The position numbers and the translations under genes are program-made. 64,000 bases of DNA from Tubulanus polymorphus (lineage: Eukaryota; Animalia; Nemertea). The notes below the pieces were generated by a model. The model was not told the DNA's origin and did no database searches. It was given only the letters and a program-made list of their open reading frames with translations. The stretch covers positions 3,690,485 to 3,754,484 of the forward strand of contig NC_134027.1 of NCBI RefSeq assembly GCF_964204645.1, in the 5' to 3' direction. Shown here in pieces: positions 1 through 13,942 of this stretch (the first letter of the stretch is position 1; each line of letters begins with the position of its first letter).

Positions 1-1757
1 TCAACAGAACCGACACCAAAAACAAAGAGTTTGATTTCTATCGCTATGCTATAATGAATAGTCGATGATGAAGCTATTTTCGATCGGAATCTCATAGAAA
101 ACGATGTAATTTGAGTCGTCCTCCTAGAAGAGCGTATTCATCACTACGAACTAACAAATATAAGTGAATTTAGGTGGAAAATGACCTAGCGACGATTTAA
201 TATAAACTCGACGCAAAACATGGTACATGCATCATTTTCTATATAATGACTTTAGTCATCGATGCGTTAAGATAAGAAGTAACGCTAGCAGGCACTTTAG
301 GTGGACATCATAACGCAACATGATATGATACACGAGCCTAAAAAGTTATATTAGTATATGAAAACGTTCATTACGTTCTTTCATTCAGATCGAAAGATGG
401 CGATAGTTAGATTTTCTACAATGGGAGAAAAAAAGTAAGTTCATCGGGATTAACACACTCTATAGGATACACGATTGATAACGGCGATCGCGTGTCGAAC
501 ACAACACAAAACAATTGAAACAAATACGGCGTTTTTACCGGCCTAGAATGCTCTATAAAACATTCATTTTCTTCATTCACGGATCTTATGCTCAATTTCT
601 GAGATGATAAGAAGTGATTTATACGGTGGTCGTCGAGTTGTATCCGTCTCATTCGCGTTCGTCTGCCGTCGCAAATTACGGTTATTTCCCTTGACGAATG
701 GATTCTTATTTTTCATTTTAGCAGGTCGCGAGGTTTAAAAGGAAACCCAGACTGAATTGTTCGACGTTTTGCTATCACAAAACGCTAAGAAAATAGTGCG
801 AATATCCCGTGTAGTCGATAAACATACTACAAAAATAGCAGTGTTACAACTATGATAAGTCACTCCATCATTATACAAATGTATATTAGACAGATTTCCC
901 TATCAGCAGTCAGATGATATGTTTATCGGGTTATGTCACTTAAATACGCATCTTGTGTTTCATCAGTTAATGATCGATGAAAATGTACTTGTCACATACT
1001 CAATGAATAATCGTCTAGTTACTACGAAGATGAAAAGGACAAGCTGTTGAAACGTTACGCTTCAGGTCATTTCATTTCAAGATCGAAAGTGAACGTACGC
1101 ATTCATACGTGCATTAAATTCTACAATATAGCCGACCACACCACCTACATCATTCCTATAAAACCATTGGGTTCAAAGATTCGATATCTCAACAATTTCC
1201 ATAATGAATTTCCCCTTAATGAAAGTATGCGTCGGTGTTTGTTGAAAATTACGCTGTATATTCCGATCTGATCTTTGCACCGACTGTGTTTGTCTCCTGT
1301 CAGTGGTGTTTTCAAACGGCGATTGCTCTTCACCGAGTCAACAAATCCACATCCGGGTTTGTTGTTCTGTAATCGACGCAGTTCTCAGTGGGGCTGCAAC
1401 TGGTCGGGAAAGGGTCAGAAAATAAATGCCAATTAACTCTCACTAGGTATTTTTGTACGCTGAATATTCTTTCATTCGCAACGACAGGTATATGACCATC
1501 ATAACTTTTTTTCATATAATACAAGAATACGATCAAACGCTATCGACTGGATTTCAACATCGAAATATTCTTTGATATCCCAGCACAGACTCCACAAAGG
1601 AAAAACAATAACTACATATCAACGCAGATCAAATGGATTGACGGTTCCAGAAAGCTTTTCAGTAAATTCCACTGAATGTTGTCTATCATGTATGTAAAGT
1701 TTTGTCGTGTACAAAGATGTATATATAATTCGGATAAGGATAACGCACAGTTTTAGG

Positions 1758-1840
1758 CTCTCTCTCTCTCCCTATCTCTCTCTCTTTCTCTTTCTATCTC
1801 CCTATCTCTCGTCTCCCTGTGTCTCTCTCCTCTTATCCCT
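1758..1840. repeat. Imperfect (CT)n polypyrimidine microsatellite
   Basis: Directly visible. Confidence 0.9.
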
Positions 1841-2464
1841 ATTTCACTCGGAGATTTTATTTTACTTTCAAGCACCCAGTGGCGATGTAATAAAAGCTTA
1901 TACTCGTTTAAAAATGCGGCGACGTTTGCTAAATGAATAGAAATCATTGAGCATTATTGGCTCTGCTGCTGAGGTATGGAAATATAGAACGTTTTGTTCG
2001 ACGCGCTGCTGACAGATGAGAGACGTCAGACGGATATTTCTTCCAGATCGACAATTCGATGAAAATGAGGCCAGAATTGATTACGATGGTTCATTCATTT
2101 CACGTAGATGAGGGTTATAATTAACAAATTTCCGTCGGGCTGAGATTGATATACGTGCCGCGAGGCAAACAGCTAATTCACCTAGATATTCTGACATATA
2201 ATAAGTCATATTCTTTACAATGTTCGGTTTTTATTTATTTTAAAAATCGTTTTGTCGATAAAAATTGAACATTAGATCGCCTTTTCCTCGATTGACTCTA
2301 TTTCTACTTTTTAATATTCCATACATTGTGTGAGGTCGAGACTTATATTTCATTTACGTAAGGAGGTAATCACTCGTGGAAATCGAATTTTCCAGAAACA
2401 TCACCTATTTAATTTCGATATAACTGCATTAGACACGCGATACGTTTTGAGATTCAACGACAGC

Positions 2465-2500
2465 GATCTCGATCACGATCACGATCACGATCACGATCAC
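2465..2500. repeat. (GATCAC)5 hexamer repeat plus one degenerate unit
   Basis: Directly visible. Confidence 0.95.
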
Positions 2501-3863
2501 GCCGCTGCTCGCCTATGAATAATACTCTTCAGTCGATACAAGCAACTGAGATTTTGCTTACGTAAAACAGCCGTAATTCAATAATCGTTATCTAATTTAC
2601 AACGGTCGCTAGAAGGTAACTCTTGACGACAACCCAGTAGAAGGAATAGAAGACAGAAGTTTGAATCTAATAACGAAATAAAGCTGTTCTTTTCTATTCA
2701 TCATCGACTTCTGCTAACTAGTTTGCTTCATATTTTTCTCATGTACAGTAACATTACCTGAACATATTGTACGTTCATATCACCAGTCATTAATAAATCA
2801 AGCTAGGAACGATTTACTTTTTTTCATCTCTCTTTCGAATTTTATTGTATTGATGATTGGATAGAACATGCTTCAATTATTCATTGAACTATCTATTGAA
2901 GACGTTTTCGTTGCGCAATAATATCATGAATATATATATGTATATGTATATTTTTTCTATATCAGCCGTTCTTACGGAGCTATTATGATTGTATAAGTAT
3001 TAATACGTGGGGTCTGACACGATTCTAGTCACGTGCAGCCCCTTATTAACCCCAACCACAGAGGTAACAAGACTTCGATGAACTACGCAAGACGAGGTCG
3101 CACGAAGAAAAATCTTTACAAAATCCCCATGATTAATGAACATGCAATCATTATTCATTAGTCATTTTGTTCTGTCGCGTTTAGCGCGGTCGCGAAATGT
3201 GGGCCCAACAATGATTCAAGGGAAACATAGCGCACAGTAACTATTCGACTATTCGCCGCACATTCATTACCTTCATTAATGAATTGACTTTTGTTTCAAG
3301 ACGTTCATAATAATGATGATAGCCACTCCTCTATTCTCTGTGACAATTGATAGTTTTTTTCACATTACATCAATCTGCTTATCTTAACACATTTATTGAT
3401 ATACCAGGTATCTGATTTGGTGGTTTATTCAAGTCTACGCACCTTAGGTTAAAAGATCTTCTTTTCCATGACTGAGAATATGAAATGATAATTTTCTTAA
3501 ATAAAATTATTCCCGTAAGCAATATAGCATGTGCGTTAAATGAACTGTCGTGTAAACCGGCTTTTCTGTCATTCGGCTCGAAGCCGACGTTGTATAACAT
3601 GATCCGTCCATCAACGAAGTCGGACAATTCTATATTGCATCCTCCCCGATGACAGGAAATAATGGACCTGGCGTTTGATTCCGTAATCAAATATTTACGG
3701 ACAGAGAACGTCTTATCGACGGCGCTTGTATAAGAAATCGACATGGAACTATAGAATATGTTTCAGACTTTTCTAATACGATCCTTACTGACTGTACGCC
3801 GCGTGAGCCTGGTCGTTATATTCCCCTAAAGCGTTAAAGCAATCCCATCAGTGGCACTACTAA

Positions 3864-4343
3864 GATTTACAAACACTTTCTTTCAATAGTCTAAGAAGAA
3901 AATTTTCAGTAAAAGTATCCGGCCCTTTACTTTGGAATAACATCAGTGAAAATCTAAAAAACATGGAAAATTCTAAACTGTTCCTAAGAAATTATAGAAA
4001 GCAACTTTGTGCTTGATTTTATCATACAGTTATTCGAACTAAAATTATTGTTTTTGGAATATTTCAGAAAATAACTGGCTTATTAAATGATTATATCTTA
4101 ATCAAGCTGTTATCATAGTTTACTTTGATTGCATTTTGTGTGTTAAGGGTTGACTGTGAGCATATTATTTTCTTTATTGCATTTCTCTTTTTTTCTTTTT
4201 TCTTTTGAGGGACCTGTTTTATACAAACTATTCCTTAGTTTCTACAGGCCCCTCCAGGTCTAATTTACTGTATTTTGTATTATGCTTTGTACACTATGCT
4301 GTAAATTATATTTGAAAAATAAAGTGTTCAAATCAAATCAAAC
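3864..4343 (+). mobile_element. 5'-truncated non-LTR retrotransposon (CR1/L2-like) 3' end: ORF2 C-terminus, 3' UTR and microsatellite tail
   Basis: 3864..4016 translates DLQTLSFNSLRRKFSVKVSGPLLWNNISENLKNMENSKLFLRNYRKQLCA*, matching the FS...GP.LWN...K......F...K.L pattern that ends LINE ORF2. It is followed by a T-rich UTR, AATAAA and (TCAAA)n. Confidence 0.75.
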
Positions 4344-5095
4344 TAACAAAAGGCCATTTTGGTTTAAGACTTTTGGTGGTCGAGATCGATTTTGCGAGAA
4401 TAGCAATAAGAATGCAGTGATACAAACAGATTTAAGACCGGATAGTTATCTGTGATCTTACATAAATACATTCCTTCAGCACATTCAAGTATAAACGCCA
4501 CTTTATAAAGTAGCAAAGAAGTCTTGTTCGTAATTTTGGTAGATAACTAAGTGCGGACTAACTACTTTAACTTTTACCGCCATCGTGAACCTGAACCATG
4601 ACATTTTGTCCCCTTTTTATAACACACAAATTAGCGTGAATGACAGGGTGTGTTCAGTTATAAGATATAAGGCTTCTAGATGTAACTGTCGCCTGTTTTT
4701 ATGTTCAACTACCTATCTAGTACATTTGTACCAATTCCACGAAAATAGAAAGACTATAATCGTGATGAGTAATTTTTTCAAATACCCATTAAATTCTAAA
4801 TATACTTCCTATTACGCGAGTTTTGTGAATATATTTGTGAAAGGTAATTCCAAATTCAATCAAATGACGATTAAAAGGCATCTTTATTTTCAATGTTATC
4901 CACTCACAAAGAGGGATTTGTTTTTCCGATAAGTTAATAATTTTGAGACCCGTCGGACACATTATATAGGTCATCATTATTTCCAAAAGAGCGTGTCGAT
5001 ACATCAAAAAAGAAAATGGCGGCTTTTTCGAACTTAAGACAATTAGGGTTTAAGGTATGATGTCATGGTTTAGGGTATATACAGGGTAGGGTCTA

Positions 5096-5167
5096 GGGCC
5101 TCAGAGACAAAAGGCTTCTAGAACGAATCTTCGCAAGGGTCGCCGCTTCAGAGATCGAGGTCCGAGG
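5096..5167. repeat. Short structured dispersed repeat, copy 1
   Basis: 43-nt core 5125..5167 is 37/43 identical to 39011..39053. Enclosed by a GGGCCTC/GAGGTCC stem. Confidence 0.7.
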
Positions 5168-8100
5168 AGGAATTCTCACAATCTTATACGGTGGAAACAA
5201 ACATATAATAATTAGCTTAGGCTAGGTTTATGGGTTAGGTTTGAATTCAGGTTTTAATAACTCTTATCATCGAAATTAACCGAACTATCGAATTCTTTAA
5301 TTGAGCCGTTTCGTTTCAGGTCATAGAGGCGATTTTCTTCATCTCCGTCTTCGAGTTCAGGTTGTTGCACCTCAAACTTTTACAGACTATAATCACACCT
5401 TCGCATTACTTTTTTCGGGGATGAACGCGGCGAGGAATATTTTAGAGTTAATAAATTATTCACTATCAATCATTAGCTGGTATCGACCTGGCTGTGAAAT
5501 AACATTTCACATTCTCGACAACCATAACGACAGCAATAGTGTGTGACGGAGGAAAACAGCGAATATGACGCAATCTCTTAACGCATGCAGTTGGGATAAT
5601 CAGATCAGAATTTAATCCGAGCTTTACTACGTATCACACATCGTCCTTTCTAACAATATGAATTGACATATATCGTTATCAATATTTTCCATGTCTACTT
5701 ATATAAATCGTCGATCAGTGTTGTTTCATATCCAGCAAATTCAACAAAGGAGTTTTGTGTAACTTTGTGGTTGTAAGCATGAAATATGACGTCGGTTGTT
5801 GGATTAGTGGCGAGATAAAAACAATCTGCCAGTTACAGTCGCTTTGTCATTCAGAGTCTTACCGTCCGAGTAGCTTACCAACACCCATATACATTACATG
5901 TTTAAACTCTCTATCGAATGAAATGTCACGTATTTCCAATTGACGGAAATTTGGACCGAACATGAAAACTATAAACTGAACATAATACCTAGTAAAAGAT
6001 CAAGTATTTTTCATTATTCGTGATAGCCTGAATTGACGTTATCATTTATTATGAAATACAAAGCACCGATAAAATCCATTCAGTGAGTTTATGAGAAATC
6101 CGGATTGAACATAAACATCGAATAGCCAGTAAATTATATTCAGATTAGATTGAAATCCGTATTACGCGGGTTTGATTGTATTTACACAACAAATACGTAA
6201 CATTGCAGAATCTAAACTGAAGTTTCATTCTCGACTTGGTTAAAACGTACGAAAAATATTTCGATGTCTTCAGATGAGCCTGAATAATACATGAATGCGG
6301 GTCACCGAGATATGTGCGATGCATATCTAAGTGTAGACTGAGTATAGAAGACTTGATCCCTTCCAAGTTTGCATATAAAGATGCATTGCCAACCTTCTAA
6401 CTTGACGGCAATGATTATAAACAAAGCAATGTCCTTTTACGGACGAATTACCGACACGCAATGAATTGAATGGGTTTCTGTAAATATCCTTAGGCAACTT
6501 GTAAACATTTGGTAATTTGCTGTCTGATTCGCTAGCGATGACAAAAGATAAAGTACCTTCAACTTGAAATATTGCGACTATGAGTTTTCAAATATCTATT
6601 TGTTCTTTTCTGATTTGACTCCTATAAGAACCTCAAAAATTGTCTACGCGGAGATAGAAGAAAATAGAAGACTTAGATATACTTCGGTCACACCCAAGAT
6701 ACATAACTAAAACGAACTGAATCTACCAAAAAGTTCGTTGATCCACGGACGCACGCGTGCAAGGGCGTTGGCGCCGTGAATAATTTGTCGGTACGGTCAA
6801 CCCCCAAATACAAAAGCCGAACACGCGATCATCATTGAGAGATTTCTTTGATACGGAAGGAATGCAAGATGATAATCCACGAGGTAGACAGCAACTGATA
6901 ATATATCGATGTATCATATCTAATTCTTAACGACATGTTGTCAGGATATTCTTAAGAATTATCCTTGTCTAAATCCATTAAGGTCCGTGCGTTCACGTGA
7001 TCGCATTTCATCTATCTTCCTATAATGAAGGAGTGGTATGGGAAACGTGTAGCCGCTACTGCCGTTTTAAGTACACGTCATCAATAACAAGGCTAAAAGT
7101 TGGATTTCTAGTTTTAATGAGAAAAAGCTTTCACGCAATGCCGACCACACGTGAACACATAACCAAGAAAATTCTCTTCGAGTGAGGATGTTGAGGTTGG
7201 AAATCACGAATCTACTAAAAAGTGATATTTTCACGGGTTCATCGTCCTGTTGAGCATTTCATCAGTTATATTTCTACACAGCTCTTTAGGAACCTTACCA
7301 AACAAATTTATTTTTTAGATTTATTTGTGTTCCGTGGATGCATCGCGATTAAGCACTGACCGTAATCAACATCTAGTATACGCGGGTTTCATCTGTTTCT
7401 GATTCTCGGCCTGCGTAACCAGACCCCGCATGGATCACATGGTAAGATGTGTTTGTAGACCGATTGCGCTGATTTTCCGATATCCTTTATCAGTCGAACC
7501 GTCAGCCGATCAAATCCGCGAATATTGTTCGAATGCTGTCTGAATGCCGTACAAGTTTCCATCATCAGAATGTAATCCATTAAAAGCTTTCAATTAAAAC
7601 GATCCACGCGTTGATTTACAACGATTTACATCTAAAATCGTCGGTGCTCAAAATTTCCCTAGAGTCATTTTCATATATTATACACGTATTTATGGGCGGT
7701 AACGCGCAATTACGTTATTTGTCGCTTAACTTTGATTGCGACTTCATAGAAAAAATCGCTTGATACCGTTCAGAAATAGAGAAAATAATCATGGATGTTT
7801 AGATAAAATGTAATTACACAAAACATCGTGAAATATTCACCTCATTTGTGAATTGAAAATTCGGCTGGATATCTACTCATCAAATTACAATTTTCTTCCA
7901 ATCGGCCATGCTAATAGATTTACTTTCTTAAAGCGAAGCACGCCCTAAAACGCAGAACGCCTTTTTGGCGCACTGGCGCATTCACCAAGACAGCAATCTC
8001 GTATACATGTGCTAATATACGTTGAATTTTCCCAATCGTTTTAATCAATTTTTTTTCTCTACAACTTAGTTCCGTTAATGGCTTTCTTGTTTTCATGGTA

Positions 8101-11100
8101 ATTCGAACCATCGACCGACTCTAGTCTGCAAACAAATCCATTCATTTTCCTAATTGAAGGTAATATCGCCGCACACTTTCCCAGAGTAGCAGGTGCGATG
8201 GTCACGATCAAACACAAGATTTAAAAAAAAGAAATTTCAGATGGCTATATGTGACGTTATACACATATTTCAAAGATACTTCCCGTCCTTTTTCATATTT
8301 CATAACATTCACTATGACTACATTACTTTTGAATAGTCTCCAGTGTAAAGTTCATTTTAATCATTCAGACAAAACGCTCAAATGTCCCCAAATGGAACTA
8401 TTTTGGCCGTATAAAATAAACATAAATGCCAGGCAGGAATAGTGATCATTTAAATTCAACCCCATATAACACCCACGCTTACTGCGATTGCCTCATAAAA
8501 ATTCAATAAGGAAACAATGTTTATGATATTTTCATCATGGCATTTTAAAGCCAAATCTATATCGAAAATAGAACCAAACATCTGCAACAAATCGGATGAA
8601 TGCTTGCTGTGTAACTTGTAATCTGAGGTATTGCAACTGTTCAATGGTCAACGCTATTCGATCAACACCATCCGTATTGGACGTATCAGCAGACATTGAT
8701 TAAATTCTCTGAATATCTCGTTTCGAGTTATAATTATAGTTAATAAGGCACTTATCAGCTATCTTCTGTATATCTCGTGTATTACTCATTAAGGTAGGGT
8801 ATGGCCTACGATTCATTCTTCATTTCGACATGTAAAGTAACTACTGCGAAAGGCACTGGCCAGCAAGATAACTTATCAGAATGAGTTAACATGACGTGCT
8901 CCATTTTCATTTGTAAGAACGCAATTTCCACCCGTCCCAAAAATAAAAGTGTCAGAATTTGATGTTTATGTGATATACCGAGCCGAACTTTAGTAGATTA
9001 TCTGGAAAATTATTCATGTTGGAGGTTGTTGATCATTAAAACCATGCAAGTGGCATCTTAGCCAGGTAGTTTGGTGACATAAGTGATGGATTCTGATAAT
9101 TATCGTAGTTAATAGTTCGAACTGAAAGAATCACGCGACGTTTTTCATTGAATATGAAAAGTGACGTGCCTTTAACTATCCTAATAATAGGGAATAACGG
9201 CAGTTTCTCGACGCACCATGATGGATGCCCTGAGACACCATCATGGTGCATTAACTCGACTACTGACACGAACACAAGGAGACCGGTTGCTCTAGGAAAC
9301 GGCAAACCGGACGCAAACGACCTCCAGTGTACAAACCGATGCAAAAACATGCCCGAATATCTTCCATCAAAATGCCGTGGATTTTTAATATTCATCGATT
9401 TATTTATCGATTCATTATCAATCCCAACCACTGGAACTGAAAGAATCGAAAAGTCCGGTGGTGGTTACGTGTTGCTTTTAGACGGGGGTCGGACTTGTCA
9501 CTTCTTCGACGTCTCTGGGTCTCCGGTATTTTCTTGATTACACTGTGAAAAAATTCAAGTGGAACCTTGTAAATTCCTTTATCATATGACGCTATTTTGA
9601 AATGCAAAATAAATTCATCCATTCATTCATGGACTAGTGATCGGAATCGTGTAGTGATAAAGTCGAAATAAACTGATTCTCGGGAACTCGCTTTTCTTTT
9701 ATATTGCGGGCTGTTTATCGTAACGTAGCGTGGCTACTTTAAAAATACATACATATCAAATCTTTTAATATCATTCCTTTAAATATTCGCCATTTGAGTG
9801 AACGACTTCACCGTTTCGAGAACACTTCCATTACATGCATACGAACTGAGTGAAGACGGATGATTCATTTTGCACCTAGCAGCCCCGAACTTCATTTCCG
9901 TGAGATGGTCCATCTAGGAAACATAAAAAAACGTGTTCTCGCTTGTCAAGTTGTTGAGCCCAGGGCGAACGAAAAACAAATATACACACAGCGCGTACTG
10001 GGAAAACTGCAAAATTCTCAATTTAGACCCGCAGCTGCTTATGGGGATTCCATTTAGCGATTGAAGAGCAATTGAAGAAAACTGAGCCGTATCGTAGAGT
10101 CCACCACCTAGAGGGCTAAATTACTCTTCATATCATCCGTCGATTCACCGGTTCACGTGTATCAAGTTTAAACACAAATAATTCTCGATATGAAGTTTGA
10201 AACAGTTTGCGTTTAAATACATCGTCTTATACCAACAGCAGGAGCCTAATATGAACTAAATTGCTTGAGCAGAGGTGCCGCCAATTAAAGCAAGTGTTCA
10301 TCAATCTGCTGTGATGTTTATATTGGATAACAATCAGATCGGTATTCGGTATTTGGATAAAATGTATATTTGAATATCGAGTCCCGTATCAGCGATAACG
10401 ACCCGATAACGATAGTTTTCATTCGCGACACGTTTTCGTTGATTGTGTTTAATTCAGTTACATCGGGCCGAATTAGGTAGAACTTCATCGAGATTTGGCA
10501 GATCAATACACTTCTAAATCACTGATTGAAAACTTGGTCAGGTTTCATACGGACGGTATAGATAGGATACGGATATATTTTCAATCTGTGGATTGTTTTT
10601 GGTTATGATAGTTAAATAGGAACATCCGTTAAAAGATTAATTCCGGAGGGTGTCGCCATTCAATAAGATTTACGAATTACATATTGTCTGTACGTAAACC
10701 ATTGAGGCACCAAACTTTTGATTAAAACGCCCGAAGCTATCCAATACCCGAGAATGATTTTGCGTAAAGGCCTCGAGGGTTTGCAAGACGTGTTTGATCA
10801 GGTGATGAAAACTAAATTGGAATACTTAAAATTGATGACGAAAAACATCACGTAATATTTTGCCAAACAGTAATGAAACATGGACCCGGAAACTTATAGT
10901 ATATATATACATCACTGTTTGATCGCTGAATTGAACAATTTCAGCCGGAAAATCATAGATCATCATATCATATACATAATCAAACCTTAATTCGGATCAG
11001 TTCAATCCGGATTTTGATCTTATCCGGATGTTTACGGTCCACTTGATTAAATATGTATGATTTTCAATTCAGATTTCTCAAAAACCGGATGAATTTCGTC

Positions 11101-12126
11101 GGTCTTGGTCCAAATTAAGCATTTTCTACTATATATCAATGTATATGTTTTCATTCAAAACCGTTTGAACAGGCAACCAACATTAAATAGTTTGAGTTAA
11201 AGTTTATTGGCTGCTTGTTTGAATTCGTAAGCGTATAATCACACGAACGAAGTAAATGCAAATATACATTGCCAGATTTGAAATATTCCCAGTGATGTTT
11301 GGTGAACAGTTCGACCCCGGATTTCTGCTCGATTCCCCCCGATTTTCTGAAAGTTCTAAAGTATACAATTACGAGTCTAACGTATATATGTTAATGTATA
11401 TATCTATATTCGTCGATGCGAATTGAACGTCAAATGTTTATTCGTTCAACAAATCCAAACACTCTACATACAGTTTGTCGTGTATTCACCTAAATATATA
11501 ACACGTGCAGATAACGAACTTCCGAATATTCCAAAGAGTCGTTAAACAATTCAGACAAAAAGCGAAAAACAATGAACTCATTGAATCGAAACTTCAAATA
11601 GTTTGCATATGCCTTCATCATCCTCTATTCGTAACGTGTACAGTCGCAATAGCGCTTTTGATCATTACTGCCAGTTACTAAATCAAAATCAGCCATTTCC
11701 GTATCATTGACGGTTTGTCAGCCGCAATGCGGAAGAGGAAAACGTTTGGGTAAAACTTCAAACGAATACGAAATTGTAGAGAGCACACGGGTAAATGGAT
11801 GCGTTGGTCCTGTTGATGTTTTCTCAGACGCTACTCGTAAATTGCCTGCAAACCGAACCAGATAAATGCTGATGTCATTTGACAAATTAAATCGACATCG
11901 ATCCCCGCGAGACGGGCTTCTTTTGAAGAACGAAGAGACAGTTTGTGTTTAAACAATTTCTTAAATGGGAATTATCGGAAATGAAAGGTTATTAAAAGAA
12001 CTATTACACCGTACAGAATACAAATGCGTCAAATTCGATTCGTTTGTTACGGAAGTTTTTGAAAGCGTATTTCATTTGATAAACAATGAACCACTTCCAG
12101 GAGCGCAGTTAAAATCGAATAAACCA

Positions 12127-12353
12127 TTCAGACTGGACGCAGGATTGTTCACACGAACCGGAGCCGAAATTTCTAATTTTGTTATTCGATATAAACAAAA
12201 AAAAATCTATAACCTCGATCGACCACCCATCTTAATATGTACTTCGATTTCCGATTTCAAAATAAAATCACTGTTACGTTCCCGACAGGTGTGGTGGATT
12301 TGTAAAGGAAACCAAATAAAATCAAAACGAACTAGTTAATCAAATAAAGAAAT
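12127..12353 (+). repeat. Older, diverged partial copy C of the same repeat family
   Basis: Colinear with ~52052..52280. Shared blocks include TTCAGACTG, GAACCGGA, TGTACTTCGATTTCCGATTT and CAGGTGTGGTGG. Confidence 0.8.
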
Positions 12354-13758
12354 GCAGCAACAGAAATAATTGGGAATGAACTAATGTTAACTTTACACGT
12401 GGATCTCGTAAATGTCTAAAAGGTTTTCGAAGGGATGAATATCATTGATTTGCAATATTCCAAACACGGACAGGGAACATATACACATTCAGTCATACAT
12501 CAAACTTATCACTTATCATATGAATACATCTCCAGCAACAAGTGTAATGCTTGCAGCCAGCTTTTAATTAATGTAAATAGGCTGTATTAATGAGCAGCGA
12601 TAATTCATTAATTGCCGTCTGACATGCAGTATCGTCTGCCTATGACATCTGTTATGATATACGTCTGACACGATTTATGAAGTAATAATTTGGAAATTGG
12701 TTTTTTGTCGTCATAATTTTCGGAATAATAACTACCAGTGGGCAATCAATTTCTTCATTAGACACATTGTCCATGTATTACCTATTCCCATGAATTATTT
12801 GTCAGCCATTGCACCGAGACTTGAAGTCAACTTGACCCTTCTCTCGAAAAATCCCGATAATATAGAATTGTACCGAAAGTAACAATAAGTTGGCGAGAGG
12901 GCGATAAGAACATTTTGAAACTAATGTTCTTCTCGTAAACCTCAATTTATGTTCATTAGAAATTACAATAGAATTTAGTATCTTTGAAATGTTCTTCATA
13001 GAAATATTCATCCAGGGAAATGTGTGTGTTTTTAAACATTTTGAAGACTTACGTTTCAAGTATGACATTTATCTTCACCATGATATTCCTTATTGCCGAC
13101 GCATTCATGATTAGGCTTTATTCTGTTGTAATCAAACTAGCCAAAACTTATCACTTTGAAATCATCCTCAATACTCAAAGACTTTCGTCGAATATTTTGA
13201 TATAGTAACCGGGTGTTCTCGAAAGTTCGAAATAATCCTGTCACTATAGTTATCGGGTAACTATTATTATAAACACCATCCGTTTTGATTGGAAATGAAA
13301 AGTTTAGTTGTCAAATCAGTAAACATCGGCGATCGACCGACCACGTCACATGCTATGACGTCGGTAGCGAGGTAAAGTAACCGAATGCCTTAGTGGTAGT
13401 TAAAAGCACTGGATTGACTGCCGGGTGGCTGAACGTTCGAGCGGAGTAGCGCTAGCGCAGTTACACACTCTGTTCAATAAGTTACATCCACTTGACTTCG
13501 CGGGTATTAATGGACTGTCTGGTCATTTATAGACGGATATTAATTAGCTCCGTTACTTTTTTTTCATATAATCTATCTTGTATAACGCATGATGCATCGA
13601 CAGAATTTCTCCAAATTAAAGGTTAATCCAATAACACTAGAATGAAGTTAGATCAGTATGGGAATTATGTATTTTCAACTCATAGTTTTGTTAGAAGTAT
13701 GACGCAACTATTCATAAATGAAACTTATTTTAGTATTTTCAGCATCTGAAATCTCCTG

Positions 13759-13942
13759 AAGCCCAACACACTCGACGCAGGGAAACACGGAAACCGGCAC
13801 ATGTTTCCGAGCGTTTCACTGCGTTGTGTGCGTCTACAAGAAACGAGGAACACGGTTTAGGGAAATACGTTTCCGAGATCAAATATCTTTGAATCCGTGT
13901 TTCTGCGTTTCCGCATTTACTCGAGTCGTGTGAGTTTGGCTT
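13759..13942. mobile_element. Small MITE (PIF/Harbinger-like architecture)
   Basis: Imperfect TIR: AAGCCCAACACACTCGACGC vs reverse complement of the right end AAGCCAAACTCACACGACTC. Internal GGAAACAC / GTTTCC inverted subrepeats. Confidence 0.65.

Noticed and set aside
5043-5242. TTAGGG/TTAGG-like motifs suggesting interstitial telomere
   Set aside because: Only scattered degenerate units flanking a dispersed repeat.
9036-9622. Overlapping 129-131 aa ORFs on both strands
   Set aside because: No recognisable domain. Consistent with chance ORFs in a locally GC-richer patch.
13387-13445. tRNA-like A/B boxes (also a T-arm-like GGGTTCGAATCCC on the minus strand near 45495)
   Set aside because: No cloverleaf or acceptor stem. 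At most degraded SINE heads.
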